A DNA stretch of 64,000 nt, taken from assembly GCF_964242765.1 (NCBI RefSeq), contig NZ_CAXTBM010000028.1, positions 5,999 through 69,998 on the forward strand, given 5' to 3'. Origin of the DNA: an uncultured Hymenobacter sp. (GTDB lineage Bacteria; Bacteroidota; Bacteroidia; Cytophagales; Hymenobacteraceae). Positions 45,085 through 55,044 of the stretch are shown one piece after another (the first letter of the stretch is position 1; each line of letters begins with the position of its first letter). Both the position numbers and the translations under genes were made by a program. The notes under the pieces are model-generated. The model did no database searches. It was not told the origin of the DNA and saw nothing but the letters and a program-made list of their open reading frames with translations.

Positions 45085-46524
45085 TTAAGGTAAGAGCAAT
45101 TGAAATTCAGCGCCGGCATTGGGGGCGCTATGGACCTCGATGTGGCCACCCATCACTTCTACGTGCGCATTAACAAGGTACAAGCCTAAGCCCCGGCCAG
45201 TGGGCACTGAATGAAACCGCTTGTAAAGCTTAAACACGTCCTCTCCCGCTTTCTCTCGATCAAAACCCGAGCCATTGTCCGCCACACGAAGACGGGCTCC
45301 ACCCGCTGGATCGGGGCTCCCCGTTATAGTTACCCGTAGTATGCGGTCTTCAGCCCGGTATTTGATTGAGTTGGAAACCAAATTAAAAAAGATACTGAAC
45401 AGATAGGCGCGCTTGCCATGCACCCGCAAGCTCTCAGGAACAGCCAGCACTACTTCGCCGCCACATTGCTGAAGCGGCTCCTGCAAGCTAGCTACAACCT
45501 GCTTCAACACGTCGATCAGCAGCACCGACTCCGCCACCTCCCCGACGCCTTGCTTGTCCCGGACGGCCAAAATCGTATTCAGGTCCTGCAATATCAAGTC
45601 GAGTTGTTGTAAACTGGTTTGTAAGTGAGTCAGGAGCGGAACCTGCTCGGGGTTCTCGACGCGCAACAATTGCACCAGACCCAGCGCATTGGCCAGGGGC
45701 GCCCGCAGATTATGCGACACGATGTACGTGAACTGCTGCAAATCCTGGTTGTGGCGGTATAGGTCCAGCGTCATCTTCTCTTGGCTGGCTTCTGCTTCCT
45801 TGCGGGAGGTGATATCGGAGAAATAGACCGATAAGCCCTCTTCCGACGGAAAGCACTTGGCATCCAGCCATAACGCACCGGTAGCGTAGTAGGCCTCGAA
45901 ATGCACTGCCCGCCTCGTAGCTACGGCTTCGTGGTATTTCTGATAGAACATGCTCCCTATTTCGGCCGGAAACACCTCCCATAAGTTTCGCCCGGTAGTG
46001 TGCTGGCTTTTCACCTGCAAAAGCCGCTGGGCCTCTTGGTTGAGAAAGGTTATGTTCCAGTCCCGATCAAGCAGAATAAGCGCATCGGTGATACTTTCAA
46101 AGATGATATTGAGTTTGCGGGCCTGTTGCTCGATGAGTTGATTAGAGGCGGACAATTCGGTGATATCCCGGCCTACCATGTGTACGCCTACCACCCTATT
46201 GTCAACCGAGAGAGGCACCTTGGAAATGCTAAGCACTTTTGGCTCGGCTCCCTTGAACTGCACGGCGACGTCGAACTGCACCGGAATTCCTTGGAAGGCC
46301 TCCCGCAGTTTCTGACCGAACACCGGAACTAAGTTGGGCGGCAGAAAATCGTCTATCGAATGCCCTATTACGTCAGATTTCTCGCAATGCAATAGAGCAA
46401 GAAAAGGCTTATTTGCATCCAGAATAATGCTTTCTTCGTTTTGAAAGAGCAACAGATCCAGGTTGTTGTCAAACAAAGACCGAAACCGTTGCTCACTATC
46501 AACGAACTGCGCGCTCGCACTCAT
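45085..46524 (-). CDS. PAS-domain sensor histidine kinase
   Basis: Two PAS-like modules, an H-box (FTYIVSHNLRAPL), and N/G boxes (NLVSNSIKY, DNGSGFD, GRGLGLYLV). Confidence 0.9.
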   Translation of the reverse strand: MSASAQFVDSEQRFRSLFDNNLDLLLFQNEESIILDANKPFLALLHCEKSDVIGHSIDDFLPPNLVPVFGQKLREAFQGIPVQFDVAVQFKGAEPKVLSISKVPLSVDNRVVGVHMVGRDITELSASNQLIEQQARKLNIIFESITDALILLDRDWNITFLNQEAQRLLQVKSQHTTGRNLWEVFPAEIGSMFYQKYHEAVATRRAVHFEAYYATGALWLDAKCFPSEEGLSVYFSDITSRKEAEASQEKMTLDLYRHNQDLQQFTYIVSHNLRAPLANALGLVQLLRVENPEQVPLLTHLQTSLQQLDLILQDLNTILAVRDKQGVGEVAESVLLIDVLKQVVASLQEPLQQCGGEVVLAVPESLRVHGKRAYLFSIFFNLVSNSIKYRAEDRILRVTITGSPDPAGGARLRVADNGSGFDREKAGEDVFKLYKRFHSVPTGRGLGLYLVNAHVEVMGGHIEVHSAPNAGAEFQLLLP

Positions 46525-46804
46525 GGGTGGGTGGTACTTATAATGGGAGAGAGCAACCTGCTATGTAAGAGCGAGGCTTTGAAATGTAGTGTTTTCGAGT
46601 CCACTTAGTATAGTACGCCCGCTCTAGCATTGGCGTTGCGGGCCAACTAAGGCGTGTTTCAGCGAATATCCGCCATGAGTACATACCGTGCTTGAGTTAC
46701 TACCTCAATTCCGCAAGCAGTTAGCAAACACGCACACTACGCAGACACGAATTAAATTCTCTAAAACTAGCATTTCCAACCAACAAATCTCAGGAAATGA
46801 CTAC

Positions 46805-46843
46805 AAAAAGCCGCCCCTTGCAAGCAAGGGGCGGCTTTTTCAC
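46805..46843 (-). terminator. Terminator hairpin with A/T tracts on both sides
   Basis: aaaaAGCCGCCCCTTgcaagcAAGGGGCGGCTtttt, 18 nt downstream of the stop at 46861. Confidence 0.8.
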
Positions 46844-46860
46844 GTAGTTAAGTCTACGAG

Positions 46861-47751
46861 TTACTGAGCTTTCTTACCGTCTTTGCCATCGAATACGCCT
46901 TTCACGGCGCCGCCTACTTTCTTGCCTACTTTGGCGGCACCTTGCCCCACATCTTTACCTGCTTCCTTTACATCGGAAGCGGTATTTCTGGCGGCCTGGC
47001 CTACTTTGCTGCGTTCGTCAGCAGTTTCTGCTTTCGCTTCTTTTGCCTCGGTGCTTACGGCCGCAGCACCCTGCGAAGCACGGGCTTCCGATTTGTCGAA
47101 TGATTTGAAGGCGGCGTATTTCAGTTTTTCCTTTTGAATTTCCGCTAAGTCGCGCGCCGATATATCACCTTTCACTTTGTCGTAGGCTTCATCCAAGGCC
47201 CGCCATTCGGCGTTGATGACGCGCCAGTCGCCTATTTCGTATTTGTCTTCGTTGGCTTTCACGCGCTGGATGAAGGCCTCGTAAGTAGCGCGGGCATTAG
47301 CCGCCGTCAGGGCCGCAGCGGGGCTGGTAGCTTTGTAGAGCTTGGCCGGGGGCTCATTGGCGGGTGCGGGGGCCGGCGCAACCGTAGTGGTAGTTGCCGG
47401 AGCCATTGCAGTGCCGGCTGTGTCGGTGCTAGCGGTGGCGGTGCTAGCAGCCGTGCTTTGCACAGTGTTATAGCGCTGTTGCAGGCGCTGAATTTCAGCT
47501 TGTTGAGCGGTATCAAACTCTGCTGAGTAGCGCTGTGCAGCCGCCAGGCGGGCGGCAAAGGTATCAGGCACTGTTACGGCCGGAGTGGCTTCAGCCTCGG
47601 CCACGTACGTCTGCAAATTGTCGTAAGCACGTTGGCCTTCCTGCGAAACTTCTTTTTTATCGTTGGAAGAACAGCTGGATAACGCCAGGGTGCTGCCACC
47701 GGCAAATAAGGAAGTGGCTAGCAATAAAGTGTTGAAGCGAAGTTGGAGCAT
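46861..47751 (-). CDS. Hypothetical lipoprotein, Ala/Thr/Lys-rich
   Basis: Start MLQLRFNTLLLATSLFAGGSTLALSSC (lipobox; ATG 47749-47751). It has a low-complexity middle and a K/G/A-rich C-terminus. Confidence 0.75.
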   Translation of the reverse strand: MLQLRFNTLLLATSLFAGGSTLALSSCSSNDKKEVSQEGQRAYDNLQTYVAEAEATPAVTVPDTFAARLAAAQRYSAEFDTAQQAEIQRLQQRYNTVQSTAASTATASTDTAGTAMAPATTTTVAPAPAPANEPPAKLYKATSPAAALTAANARATYEAFIQRVKANEDKYEIGDWRVINAEWRALDEAYDKVKGDISARDLAEIQKEKLKYAAFKSFDKSEARASQGAAAVSTEAKEAKAETADERSKVGQAARNTASDVKEAGKDVGQGAAKVGKKVGGAVKGVFDGKDGKKAQ

Positions 47752-48153
47752 GACCTTGGAAAAATAACACGCGTGGAAGTTAAACAAGTGTTGATTGTTT
47801 GGCTTTTAAACGAAGTAGTGTGTCCCAAGGTTGGAAATATCCCCAGCTACTTAAACGAATATATCCCGTTCCAGTACTTATTTTTAGCCTTATCGTACAA
47901 TTGCCGACAAAGACCAGCTATTGGTTGAACTGCAATTCAGGGTTTAATCTGGCGGGTAGTAGCCTTTACAATCAACCCGGATTCCCAGGTTTTCTTGAGT
48001 AACTCGTTGAAAAAGAAGTGCCCAAGCCACCAAATACGCTTTTCATTAAGACCAGGACTACGTATCAGTTAATCTGTTCCCCGAAACAACATAGGCATGG
48101 CAACCACTGAGCTACTGCACAGCCAACGAAATACATGGTATAATTCCATTCTT

Positions 48154-48555
48154 CTACTTAACTGTGGCAACAGTTAGCAGCCAGGAATAAGCTGATTCCG
48201 CGTCTTCGAAAGTGTCGACAAGTGGGCGAGTGGTATAGCTCAGGACCCGCTCGGTGTCCACTCGGGCCGGCCAATTGTGCGAGTTCACCCATGCTATGGC
48301 TTCAACTCCGTTGTCGGCCAAGGCGTGGAAAAACTCCTGTGCAATCCAGCGTACTATTTCGCCCCAGCCATCAAACGATTGACTGCTGTCGTTCAAGATT
48401 GCGGCGCTTTGGGTTTGGCGCACCTTGTTTAAAATCATGGCGCACCCTGCCACCGAAGATTCTTCGTTGTGCTCCCCACGCCAAGTTACGTGCAACCAGT
48501 TCTTGGCTGGATCATGCGCAATAGTTAAACCAGGAATATCAAATAAAGTGTACAT
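48154..48555 (-). CDS. Hypothetical protein (about 133 aa)
   Basis: I chose the internal start MYTLFDIPGLTIAHDPAKNWLHVTWRG... (ATG 48553-48555). Protein-like composition; no family confidently recognised. Confidence 0.55.
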   Translation of the reverse strand: MYTLFDIPGLTIAHDPAKNWLHVTWRGEHNEESSVAGCAMILNKVRQTQSAAILNDSSQSFDGWGEIVRWIAQEFFHALADNGVEAIAWVNSHNWPARVDTERVLSYTTRPLVDTFEDAESAYSWLLTVATVK

Positions 48556-48827
48556 ACCTCCCCTACGTTTCAACGTGTATACAGGCAATGAACTAGCGTA
48601 CAGGCTGGTGCCCAATAGATAATCAAACAACCAACTCCCTTTCCCTCCGTGCTCCTGTTCCGAATAGCTTGTAGATAACATACGATTTAATATAGTATAT
48701 CGGCTTTATGTTTTATTTAAATACTTTCAATTTTTTCGCTAGGTGTTGTGCTATTGGTTTCACTCTGGCGCCTATCTCAGCGCACTACCGTGGGCATAGG
48801 CGCAATAGTAGCATGTGCTTCTAAAAC

Positions 48828-48863
48828 ACAGAACCCCTGGCAATTGGCCAGGGGTTCTGTGCT
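48828..48863 (-). terminator. Terminator of the DUF349 gene
   Basis: CACAGAACCCCTGGCcaattGCCAGGGGTTCTGTG hairpin. On the minus strand it is followed by TTTTA. Confidence 0.75.
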
Positions 48864-48885
48864 TATCAGTTCTTACCTGTGAGCT

Positions 48886-51366
48886 TTAGCTACGGATTAC
48901 GCGCAACTGCTTTTTCAGGGCCTCAATTCTATTCTGCGCCTCATCGATACGGCCCTGGTACTCTTGGCGGAGTTGGGCTGCATTCTTGGAGCGAGCAAAG
49001 AACTCGAGGTTGGTTTGCAAGGTCGAAATGTCGTTTTCCAGTTCGTTGATTTCGCGGCGCAAGGCTTGCTCTTTCTTGTAGAGTTGCTGCTGCGAATCGG
49101 GGCTGGACTTGAGCCGCTCCACTTGCAGGTTGAAGAGCAACTCAGCCCGCTCCGCATAACTTAAATTGGGCACTGTATCGAGGTACTTGCCCATCAAGCT
49201 CTGGAACCGCTCGTCGGCCCGCTCGTTATTGCCGCGCGGATTGCTTTCGGCACTGCCAAAATCTCGCCACTCCTGCACGTGCTGCCGGAAGCCTTCGAGG
49301 CCGCCAGGCGCATCGGTTGAGAGGGCCGCTACGCTAGCGGCCAGTTGGTCGAGGTAGCCGGTTTGGGCTTGGCTGGCTTGCTGCACCTTTTCCTGGCGCT
49401 GCTTCACTTCCTGATTTTTGCGGTCGAAAAATGCGTCGCAGGCAGTCCGGAAACGGTTCCAAACTTTGTCGGACTGCTTTTCGGGCACGCGGCCGATGGT
49501 TTTCCAGTCTTTCTGAAGCCGAATCACAATTTCGCGGCCTTGCTCCCAATCGGGATTAGCCAACGCGGCCTCGGCTTGGTCAATCAACTCCAGCTTGCGC
49601 TTGAGGTTGCTGTTTTTCTCTTCATCCAGCGCTTTAAAAAACTGGTTTTTGTGCTGGAAGAAGCCTTTGTAGGCGCTCCAGAACTGTTTGTTCATGGCGT
49701 CGGCCTTGTCGCGGGGCACGAGGCCGGCGGCGTCCCACTCCTCCTTCAGCTTTTGCAGCTCGTCGGTTTTAGCGCGCCACTCGTTTACGCGCTCCGTATG
49801 AAACTCGCCGAAAGGCAGCAGCTGCTCCAACAAGGTGGTTTTGCGGGTCAGGTTGACATTTTCCTGCGTGGAACGCACATCCAGAAACTCTTTCTTGCGG
49901 TTGTGCACCAACTCAGAAGCCTGCAAAAATCGCTGCCACAGCGCCTCCCGCTGCTCGTTAGGCACTGGCCCGATGTGCTTCCACTCCTCGTGCAACTGCC
50001 GCAAATCATTGAGGGCCTTGTTGATGCTCGACTGCTGAACCAGTGCTTCGGCCCGCACGATAAGCGCCTCCTTGGCTTCCAAGTTGCGGCGGCGGTCCAG
50101 CTCCTTCATCTCGAAGAACAGGCCGCGGTTGTTATAGAAAATATCAAGCAGGGCGTGGTAGCTGTTCCACAGTTCCTGGGTGTCTTTCTGCGGTACGGGG
50201 CCGGTAGCTTTCCAGTCGTTTTGCAAGGCCTTGATGCGGGCCGAGCTATCCTTGGTTTCGGCCGACTCAACGAGCACCCGCAATTGGGAAAGCAAGTGTT
50301 GCTTGTGCAACAGGTTGCGGGCGCGCTGGTCGTCTTCGGCTTTGGCGTCCCGCACGCGGCTGTCGCGGAAATCCTGCATCAGCTTGCCTAGCTCGGCGTA
50401 GCCTTCCGGGCCCGAATACGTGAAGCTTTCGCTTTCATTGCCGGCTTCGGTGAAGCGCTGGCGAGCAGCAGTGCGGTCGGCGTTGATGGCCGTTTCGTAC
50501 TGGCGGTAGAGGTCGGCGATTTGTTTGCGGTTCTGGCGGGCATCGGGGCGCCGGAGCAACGTCAGCAGTTGGGTGGTTTGCGTGGGCAGGTCGAGCGCGG
50601 CGAAATCCGGAACGGGCGTCTCCGACACGAACTCTTCCTCTTCCGAGCTGGCCTCAGGCTCCGAATGGGTATTTTCGGGAGTGGCAGGTGTTGGCGAGGA
50701 AGTGGTAAGATGAGCAATTCCTTCGGGGAAATCCTCGATTTCAAGCGCGGCGTGCAGTTCTTCTACCGGCAGTTCGATATCAGGCGTTTCGGCAACTAGG
50801 GTTTCTGCTGTTTCCGCGCTCGGCGCTTCTTCTTCGGAAACCGCTACCTCTTGTTCGGGAGCAGCAGTTAAGGCATCGGCCTCGGCTGCCGTGCCCGAGG
50901 GCGAAGTCACGGGGAGTTCCGTTGTCGTAGCCGCCGGAGCAGTTTCCACCGGAGCTGCTGCCGACGATACCACTGTCTCTTCAGTGGTAGCCGGTGCAAC
51001 TGGTTCGGGGGCTGCCGCCGTGGTTGGTGCGCTTTCATCGGTCGCCTGATGGGCACTCACTACTCCGGGATTTTGGTCGCCGTAATGGTCGTCGGCGCGA
51101 GCCTGTGGGTCGGAAACGGAAGGATCGTGCGCGGGCACCTGCGCCGCCGCGCTAGCCGTTACGTCGGCGGGAAGTTCGGCGGTGCCAGCCCCGGCTGGTT
51201 CGCCGGCAGTCGGGTTCACTTCCGTAGCGGGACGCTCGGTGATTTCGCTGGCAGAAGCAGGCTCCTGCTTGGAGCGAATTTCTGCCAGACGGCGCTCTAA
51301 GATGCTTAGCGGCGATTCCGAATTGTTATCGGAATTAGCAGCGGCTTGGTCGTTTTCAGGTAGCAT
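48886..51366 (-). CDS. DUF349 domain-containing protein with a long acidic/Ala-Thr-rich disordered N-terminus
   Basis: Repeated DUF349 units: ...WKATGPVPQKDTQELWNSYHALLDIFY, WKHIGPVPNEQREALWQRFLQASE, WDAAGLVPRDKADAMNKQFWSAYKGFF, WKTIGRVPEKQSDKVWNRFRTACDAFF. Confidence 0.88.
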   Translation of the reverse strand: MLPENDQAAANSDNNSESPLSILERRLAEIRSKQEPASASEITERPATEVNPTAGEPAGAGTAELPADVTASAAAQVPAHDPSVSDPQARADDHYGDQNPGVVSAHQATDESAPTTAAAPEPVAPATTEETVVSSAAAPVETAPAATTTELPVTSPSGTAAEADALTAAPEQEVAVSEEEAPSAETAETLVAETPDIELPVEELHAALEIEDFPEGIAHLTTSSPTPATPENTHSEPEASSEEEEFVSETPVPDFAALDLPTQTTQLLTLLRRPDARQNRKQIADLYRQYETAINADRTAARQRFTEAGNESESFTYSGPEGYAELGKLMQDFRDSRVRDAKAEDDQRARNLLHKQHLLSQLRVLVESAETKDSSARIKALQNDWKATGPVPQKDTQELWNSYHALLDIFYNNRGLFFEMKELDRRRNLEAKEALIVRAEALVQQSSINKALNDLRQLHEEWKHIGPVPNEQREALWQRFLQASELVHNRKKEFLDVRSTQENVNLTRKTTLLEQLLPFGEFHTERVNEWRAKTDELQKLKEEWDAAGLVPRDKADAMNKQFWSAYKGFFQHKNQFFKALDEEKNSNLKRKLELIDQAEAALANPDWEQGREIVIRLQKDWKTIGRVPEKQSDKVWNRFRTACDAFFDRKNQEVKQRQEKVQQASQAQTGYLDQLAASVAALSTDAPGGLEGFRQHVQEWRDFGSAESNPRGNNERADERFQSLMGKYLDTVPNLSYAERAELLFNLQVERLKSSPDSQQQLYKKEQALRREINELENDISTLQTNLEFFARSKNAAQLRQEYQGRIDEAQNRIEALKKQLRVIRS

Positions 51367-51431
51367 GAGTTCAGCAGAAAAGGCCCGGTAGGTACCTAGG
51401 TGGGCGTAGGTGGTGGGCGACGAGGAAGTAT

Positions 51432-52022
51432 CTAGTTCAGGCGCGGATCAACGGGATAATTGGACAGCGCACGGAAACGCCCGCCTTTTTCCCGCAAAAT
51501 AGCCTGCCAAAACGCATCATTGTCCAAAGTAAAGACTTTCCCGGCAGCATCCGGATGCACAATCCAAACCTTTTCCCCGATTTCGTCGGCTAGCTGCCCG
51601 GCCGTCCAGCCTGAATAGCCAGCGTAAAAACGCACCGCATCGGGCGAAAGGTCACCGCTTAAGAGCAAGCCCATGAGCACCGTAAAGTCGCCGCCCCAAT
51701 ACACATCCTGCCCCAGCGCAATAGCCTCGGGTATGTCGGGGCGCTGGTGCAGGTAATGCAAGGTGTCGGGCTGGACGGGGCCACCCAGATACAGGGGCAT
51801 CTGCGCCACGGCCGAATCGGTGGGAACGGGAAGTTGCAGCACGTCGGCTAGCTGGAGGTTGGAGGCGCGGTTGAGCACGAGGCCAAACGAGCCGTCGGTT
51901 TCATCGTGGCGGCAGAGGAGCACCACGGAGCGTTCGAAATTAGGATCACCCAGGAAAGGCTGTGAAATCAACAGGCTGCTGGAACGAAGACGGGGCATAG
52001 CGTTGAAGTTAGGCGTAGGCAA
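51432..52022 (-). CDS. YqgE/AlgH family protein (UPF0301)
   Basis: ...LLISQPFLGDPNFERSVVLLCRHDETDGSFGLVLNR...GGPV...YAGYSGWTAGQL. Confidence 0.9.
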   Translation of the reverse strand: MPTPNFNAMPRLRSSSLLISQPFLGDPNFERSVVLLCRHDETDGSFGLVLNRASNLQLADVLQLPVPTDSAVAQMPLYLGGPVQPDTLHYLHQRPDIPEAIALGQDVYWGGDFTVLMGLLLSGDLSPDAVRFYAGYSGWTAGQLADEIGEKVWIVHPDAAGKVFTLDNDAFWQAILREKGGRFRALSNYPVDPRLN

Positions 52023-52244
52023 GTAACACCAGATAACAAGTAAGGGCAGGCAACATCGGGGTTAGTGCTTTCATTCACTTACCGGGCAGCACCCCTATTT
52101 AGTACGTGAGACGGGGCGCTGGAGGTTCCCTGCCTGCCCGCATTGTACTACCTTGCGGCCCGTTGACTGGTTGACTTCCAACATGCAGCTTATCAAACGG
52201 CCGGCTATTTGGTTACTCAGCTACTACCCTTCAGCCCTTACTCT

Positions 52245-52892
52245 ATGCTCGACCCGCACCTGGCCGACCTGCGCAAAACCTACGCCCAGCGCACCCTTTC
52301 GGAAGCGGATGTACTGCCCACCGCTGTTCCTCAATTTCGGGTTTGGCTGGAAGAAGCCCTTCAGGCGCAGCTCGATGAGCCCACGGCCATGACCATATCC
52401 ACGGTAGCCGCTAACGGCCAGCCCTCGGCCCGGGTGGTACTCCTGAAAGGCTTGCCCGACGACGCCTTTCTCTTCTACACCAACTATGACTCGCGCAAAG
52501 GCCACGACTTAGCCGAACGGCCGCTGGCCGCCCTCACCTTTTTCTGGCCCGGCCTAGAACGGCAAGTGCGGGTGGAAGGCCGGGTAGAAAAAGCGCCCGA
52601 AGCCTTATCAACCGAGTACTTCCAGAGCCGCCCCCGCAGCAGCCAGATTGGCGCCTGGGCCTCGCCCCAAAGTGCAGTAATAAAGAGCCGTGAAGAGCTG
52701 GAAGAGCGCGAGAAAAGCCTGACTGCGGACTTCAAGGACCAGGAATTGCTGCCGCGTCCACCCCACTGGGGCGGCTATCTGGTGCGCCCGCACCGCATAG
52801 AATTCTGGCAAGGCCGCCCCAGCCGCCTGCACGACCGAATCGTGTACGAGTTGGAAGGCGACACCTGGCGCCTAAGCCGCCTGGCTCCGTAG
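52245..52892 (+). CDS. pdxH: Pyridoxamine 5'-phosphate oxidase
   Basis: MLDPHLADLRKTYAQRTLSEADV...PTAMTISTVAANGQPSARVVLLKG...FYTNYDSRKG...IEFWQGRPSRLHDR. Start ATG 52245. Confidence 0.93.
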   Translation: MLDPHLADLRKTYAQRTLSEADVLPTAVPQFRVWLEEALQAQLDEPTAMTISTVAANGQPSARVVLLKGLPDDAFLFYTNYDSRKGHDLAERPLAALTFFWPGLERQVRVEGRVEKAPEALSTEYFQSRPRSSQIGAWASPQSAVIKSREELEEREKSLTADFKDQELLPRPPHWGGYLVRPHRIEFWQGRPSRLHDRIVYELEGDTWRLSRLAP

Positions 52893-52903
52893 CGCCACGC
52901 ACA

Positions 52904-53025
52904 GTTAAGAATTAAAGATGAAGAATTATGAATTGTTGGAAAGAGCCACTACGACTTTCTAATTCATTCATAGCTAGCCTTTGCCGTCTGCTAATTCTTA
53001 ACTCTTAGTTTTTAATTTCTAATTC
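52904..53025. repeat. Inverted arrays of the word AGAATTA / TAATTCT flanking a short core
   Basis: Left side: gttaagaatta (52904-52914) and aagaatta (52921-52928). Right side: taattc (52960-52965), taattcttaac (52992-53002, an exact inverted copy of 52904-52914), taatttc and taattc (53013-53025). Confidence 0.8.
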
Positions 53026-53033
53026 TACTCCTT

Positions 53034-54344
53034 TTGGCTGAAATTCAACCCTTGCGTGGCTGGCGGTACAATCCGGTTTTGAGCCAGCATATCGATGATT
53101 ACGTTTCGCCGCTCTTTGATGTGGTGTCGCAGAAGCAGCGGGAGGCGCTTTATCGTAATCAACTCAACAGCATTCATCTATCGGTGCCGCGCGGCGATGA
53201 TGCGGCGGGTGAGGCGCTGGAACGGCTGCGAGTATGGCAGCAAACGGGCGTGCTGCGCCAAGACGAGTTGCCGGGCATTTACGTGTATTACCAATATTTC
53301 CGGCTGCCGGGCAGCACCCGCGAGTTTTGCCGCAAAGGCTTTATGTGCCACATCCGGGCCTACGCCTGGACCGATAACGTGGTGCTGCGCCACGAAAACA
53401 CGCTGCCTTCATCCGTCAACGACCGGGCGGAGTTGCTGGCCCGCACCGAGTTCCAAACCAGCGCCACCCACGGCCTCTACCGCGACGAGGCGTTCGAGTT
53501 GGAGCACTGGATGGACGAGGCCATGCAGGACCCACTCTACCAAACCGAGGAAGACTACCAGGGTGCCCGCGACGTGCTGGCCGTGATTCAGGATGCTGCT
53601 ATTATCGACCGGTTTCAAGCGGTGCTGGCCCGGCGGCAAGTAATTCTGGCCGATGGGCACCACCGCTACGAAGGTTCCTTGGCGTATCGGCAGGCCCAGC
53701 TAGCTGCTCATCCCAACGCCACTGGCTCCGAGGGCTGGAACTATCATTTGATGTACCTCACCAACTCGGCCGCCGACGACCTGCGCATTCTGCCCACGCA
53801 CCGCCTGCTGCTGGACTTGCCTGGTGACCTAACAGATGCCGAGCTACTGGCCCGGCTGGAACTGTACTTTATTGTGTTGCCGAAAGAGGATGCGTACGAC
53901 CTGCCCGAGTTGATTGCCGGCAAGCGCTGGGCGTTCGGGTTGTATCTGCAAGATGGACAGGCCTATAAGATTCGGCTGCGGCCGGAGGTGCACGCGCAAC
54001 TCAATTGGGATACCACGCCCGAAGTGAAAGACCTGGATCTGACGGTGCTGCATTTTTTCGTGCTCGAAAAAGTGCTGGGCATCGTTGGCCCGGATGCGCA
54101 GCGGCAGTGGCCGGGTGTGGCCTACGTGCGCAGCTTCTCGGAGTGCCTCAAGCGTGTGGATGCCGGGGAGGCCCGCGCCGCCCTCATCACCAACGAAGTG
54201 ACCATGGACGAGGTAGAGCGGATTTGCCATTCCGGGGCTGTCATGCCGCCGAAGTCCACGTTCTTTTATCCCAAAACCATTGGCGGCTTTCTCTTCAGCA
54301 GCATCCGCACCGAAGAAACCGCCCACCCATTTCTGGTTGATTGA
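53034..54344 (+). CDS. DUF1015 domain-containing protein
   Basis: The N-terminus (TTG start) MAEIQPLRGWRYNP..., ...ILADGHHRYEGSLAY..., and the C-terminus ...PPKSTFFYPK are DUF1015 hallmarks. Confidence 0.88.
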   Translation: MAEIQPLRGWRYNPVLSQHIDDYVSPLFDVVSQKQREALYRNQLNSIHLSVPRGDDAAGEALERLRVWQQTGVLRQDELPGIYVYYQYFRLPGSTREFCRKGFMCHIRAYAWTDNVVLRHENTLPSSVNDRAELLARTEFQTSATHGLYRDEAFELEHWMDEAMQDPLYQTEEDYQGARDVLAVIQDAAIIDRFQAVLARRQVILADGHHRYEGSLAYRQAQLAAHPNATGSEGWNYHLMYLTNSAADDLRILPTHRLLLDLPGDLTDAELLARLELYFIVLPKEDAYDLPELIAGKRWAFGLYLQDGQAYKIRLRPEVHAQLNWDTTPEVKDLDLTVLHFFVLEKVLGIVGPDAQRQWPGVAYVRSFSECLKRVDAGEARAALITNEVTMDEVERICHSGAVMPPKSTFFYPKTIGGFLFSSIRTEETAHPFLVD

Positions 54345-54442
54345 GGCTAGTTTGGCATTGATTTTCAACTACCAACTTGTTTAATCTACTAGTTGATTAA
54401 TCATATATTAATTATCAATTAATCAGCTTATAACAACCAATA

Positions 54443-55021
54443 ATGAAACTGGTTCTCGCCTCTAATTCGCCGCGTCGTCGGCAGTTGCTCACCGACTTGG
54501 GCGTGCCCTACACTGTGCGCTTGCAGGAAGTAGACGAATCCTTTCCCGGACACTTGCGCCGTGCCGAGGTAGCCGAATACCTAGCGGCGCACAAAGCCTC
54601 GGCCTACCGCGCCGGCCTTGCCCCCGACGAAGTGGTATTGACGGCCGACACCATCGTTTGCCTCGATGAGGACGTGCTCAACAAACCTGCCGACGCCACC
54701 GAAGCCATCCAAATGCTCACCCGCCTTCAAGGCCGCGCCCACGACGTATTCACGGGCGTGTGCCTGCTCGGCGGCGACGGCCGGCAGGTGGTGTTCTCCG
54801 ACCAAACCCAGGTGGTATTTCGCGCCCTCACGCCCGCCGAAATCGAGTACTACGTGCGCACGTACCAGCCCTTCGACAAAGCCGGCGCCTACGGGGCGCA
54901 AGATTGGATCGGTATGGTAGCCGTCACCCGGCTCGAAGGTTCCTACTTCAACGTGATGGGCCTGCCCGTGCACCGAGTCTGGGACGAGCTGAGGAAGCTG
55001 GGTTTCCCTTTTAACGTGTAG
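54443..55021 (+). CDS. maf: Maf-family nucleoside triphosphate pyrophosphatase
   Basis: MKLVLASNSPRRRQLL...LTADTIV...KP...DKAGAYGAQ...GSYFNVMGLP. Confidence 0.92.
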   Translation: MKLVLASNSPRRRQLLTDLGVPYTVRLQEVDESFPGHLRRAEVAEYLAAHKASAYRAGLAPDEVVLTADTIVCLDEDVLNKPADATEAIQMLTRLQGRAHDVFTGVCLLGGDGRQVVFSDQTQVVFRALTPAEIEYYVRTYQPFDKAGAYGAQDWIGMVAVTRLEGSYFNVMGLPVHRVWDELRKLGFPFNV

Positions 55022-55044
55022 CGCCTCACCAACAAGCTGGCTTC

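Noticed and set aside
49345-50391. 348-aa plus-strand ORF antisense to the DUF349 gene
   Set aside because: It is a shadow ORF. The minus frame shows four clear DUF349 repeats.
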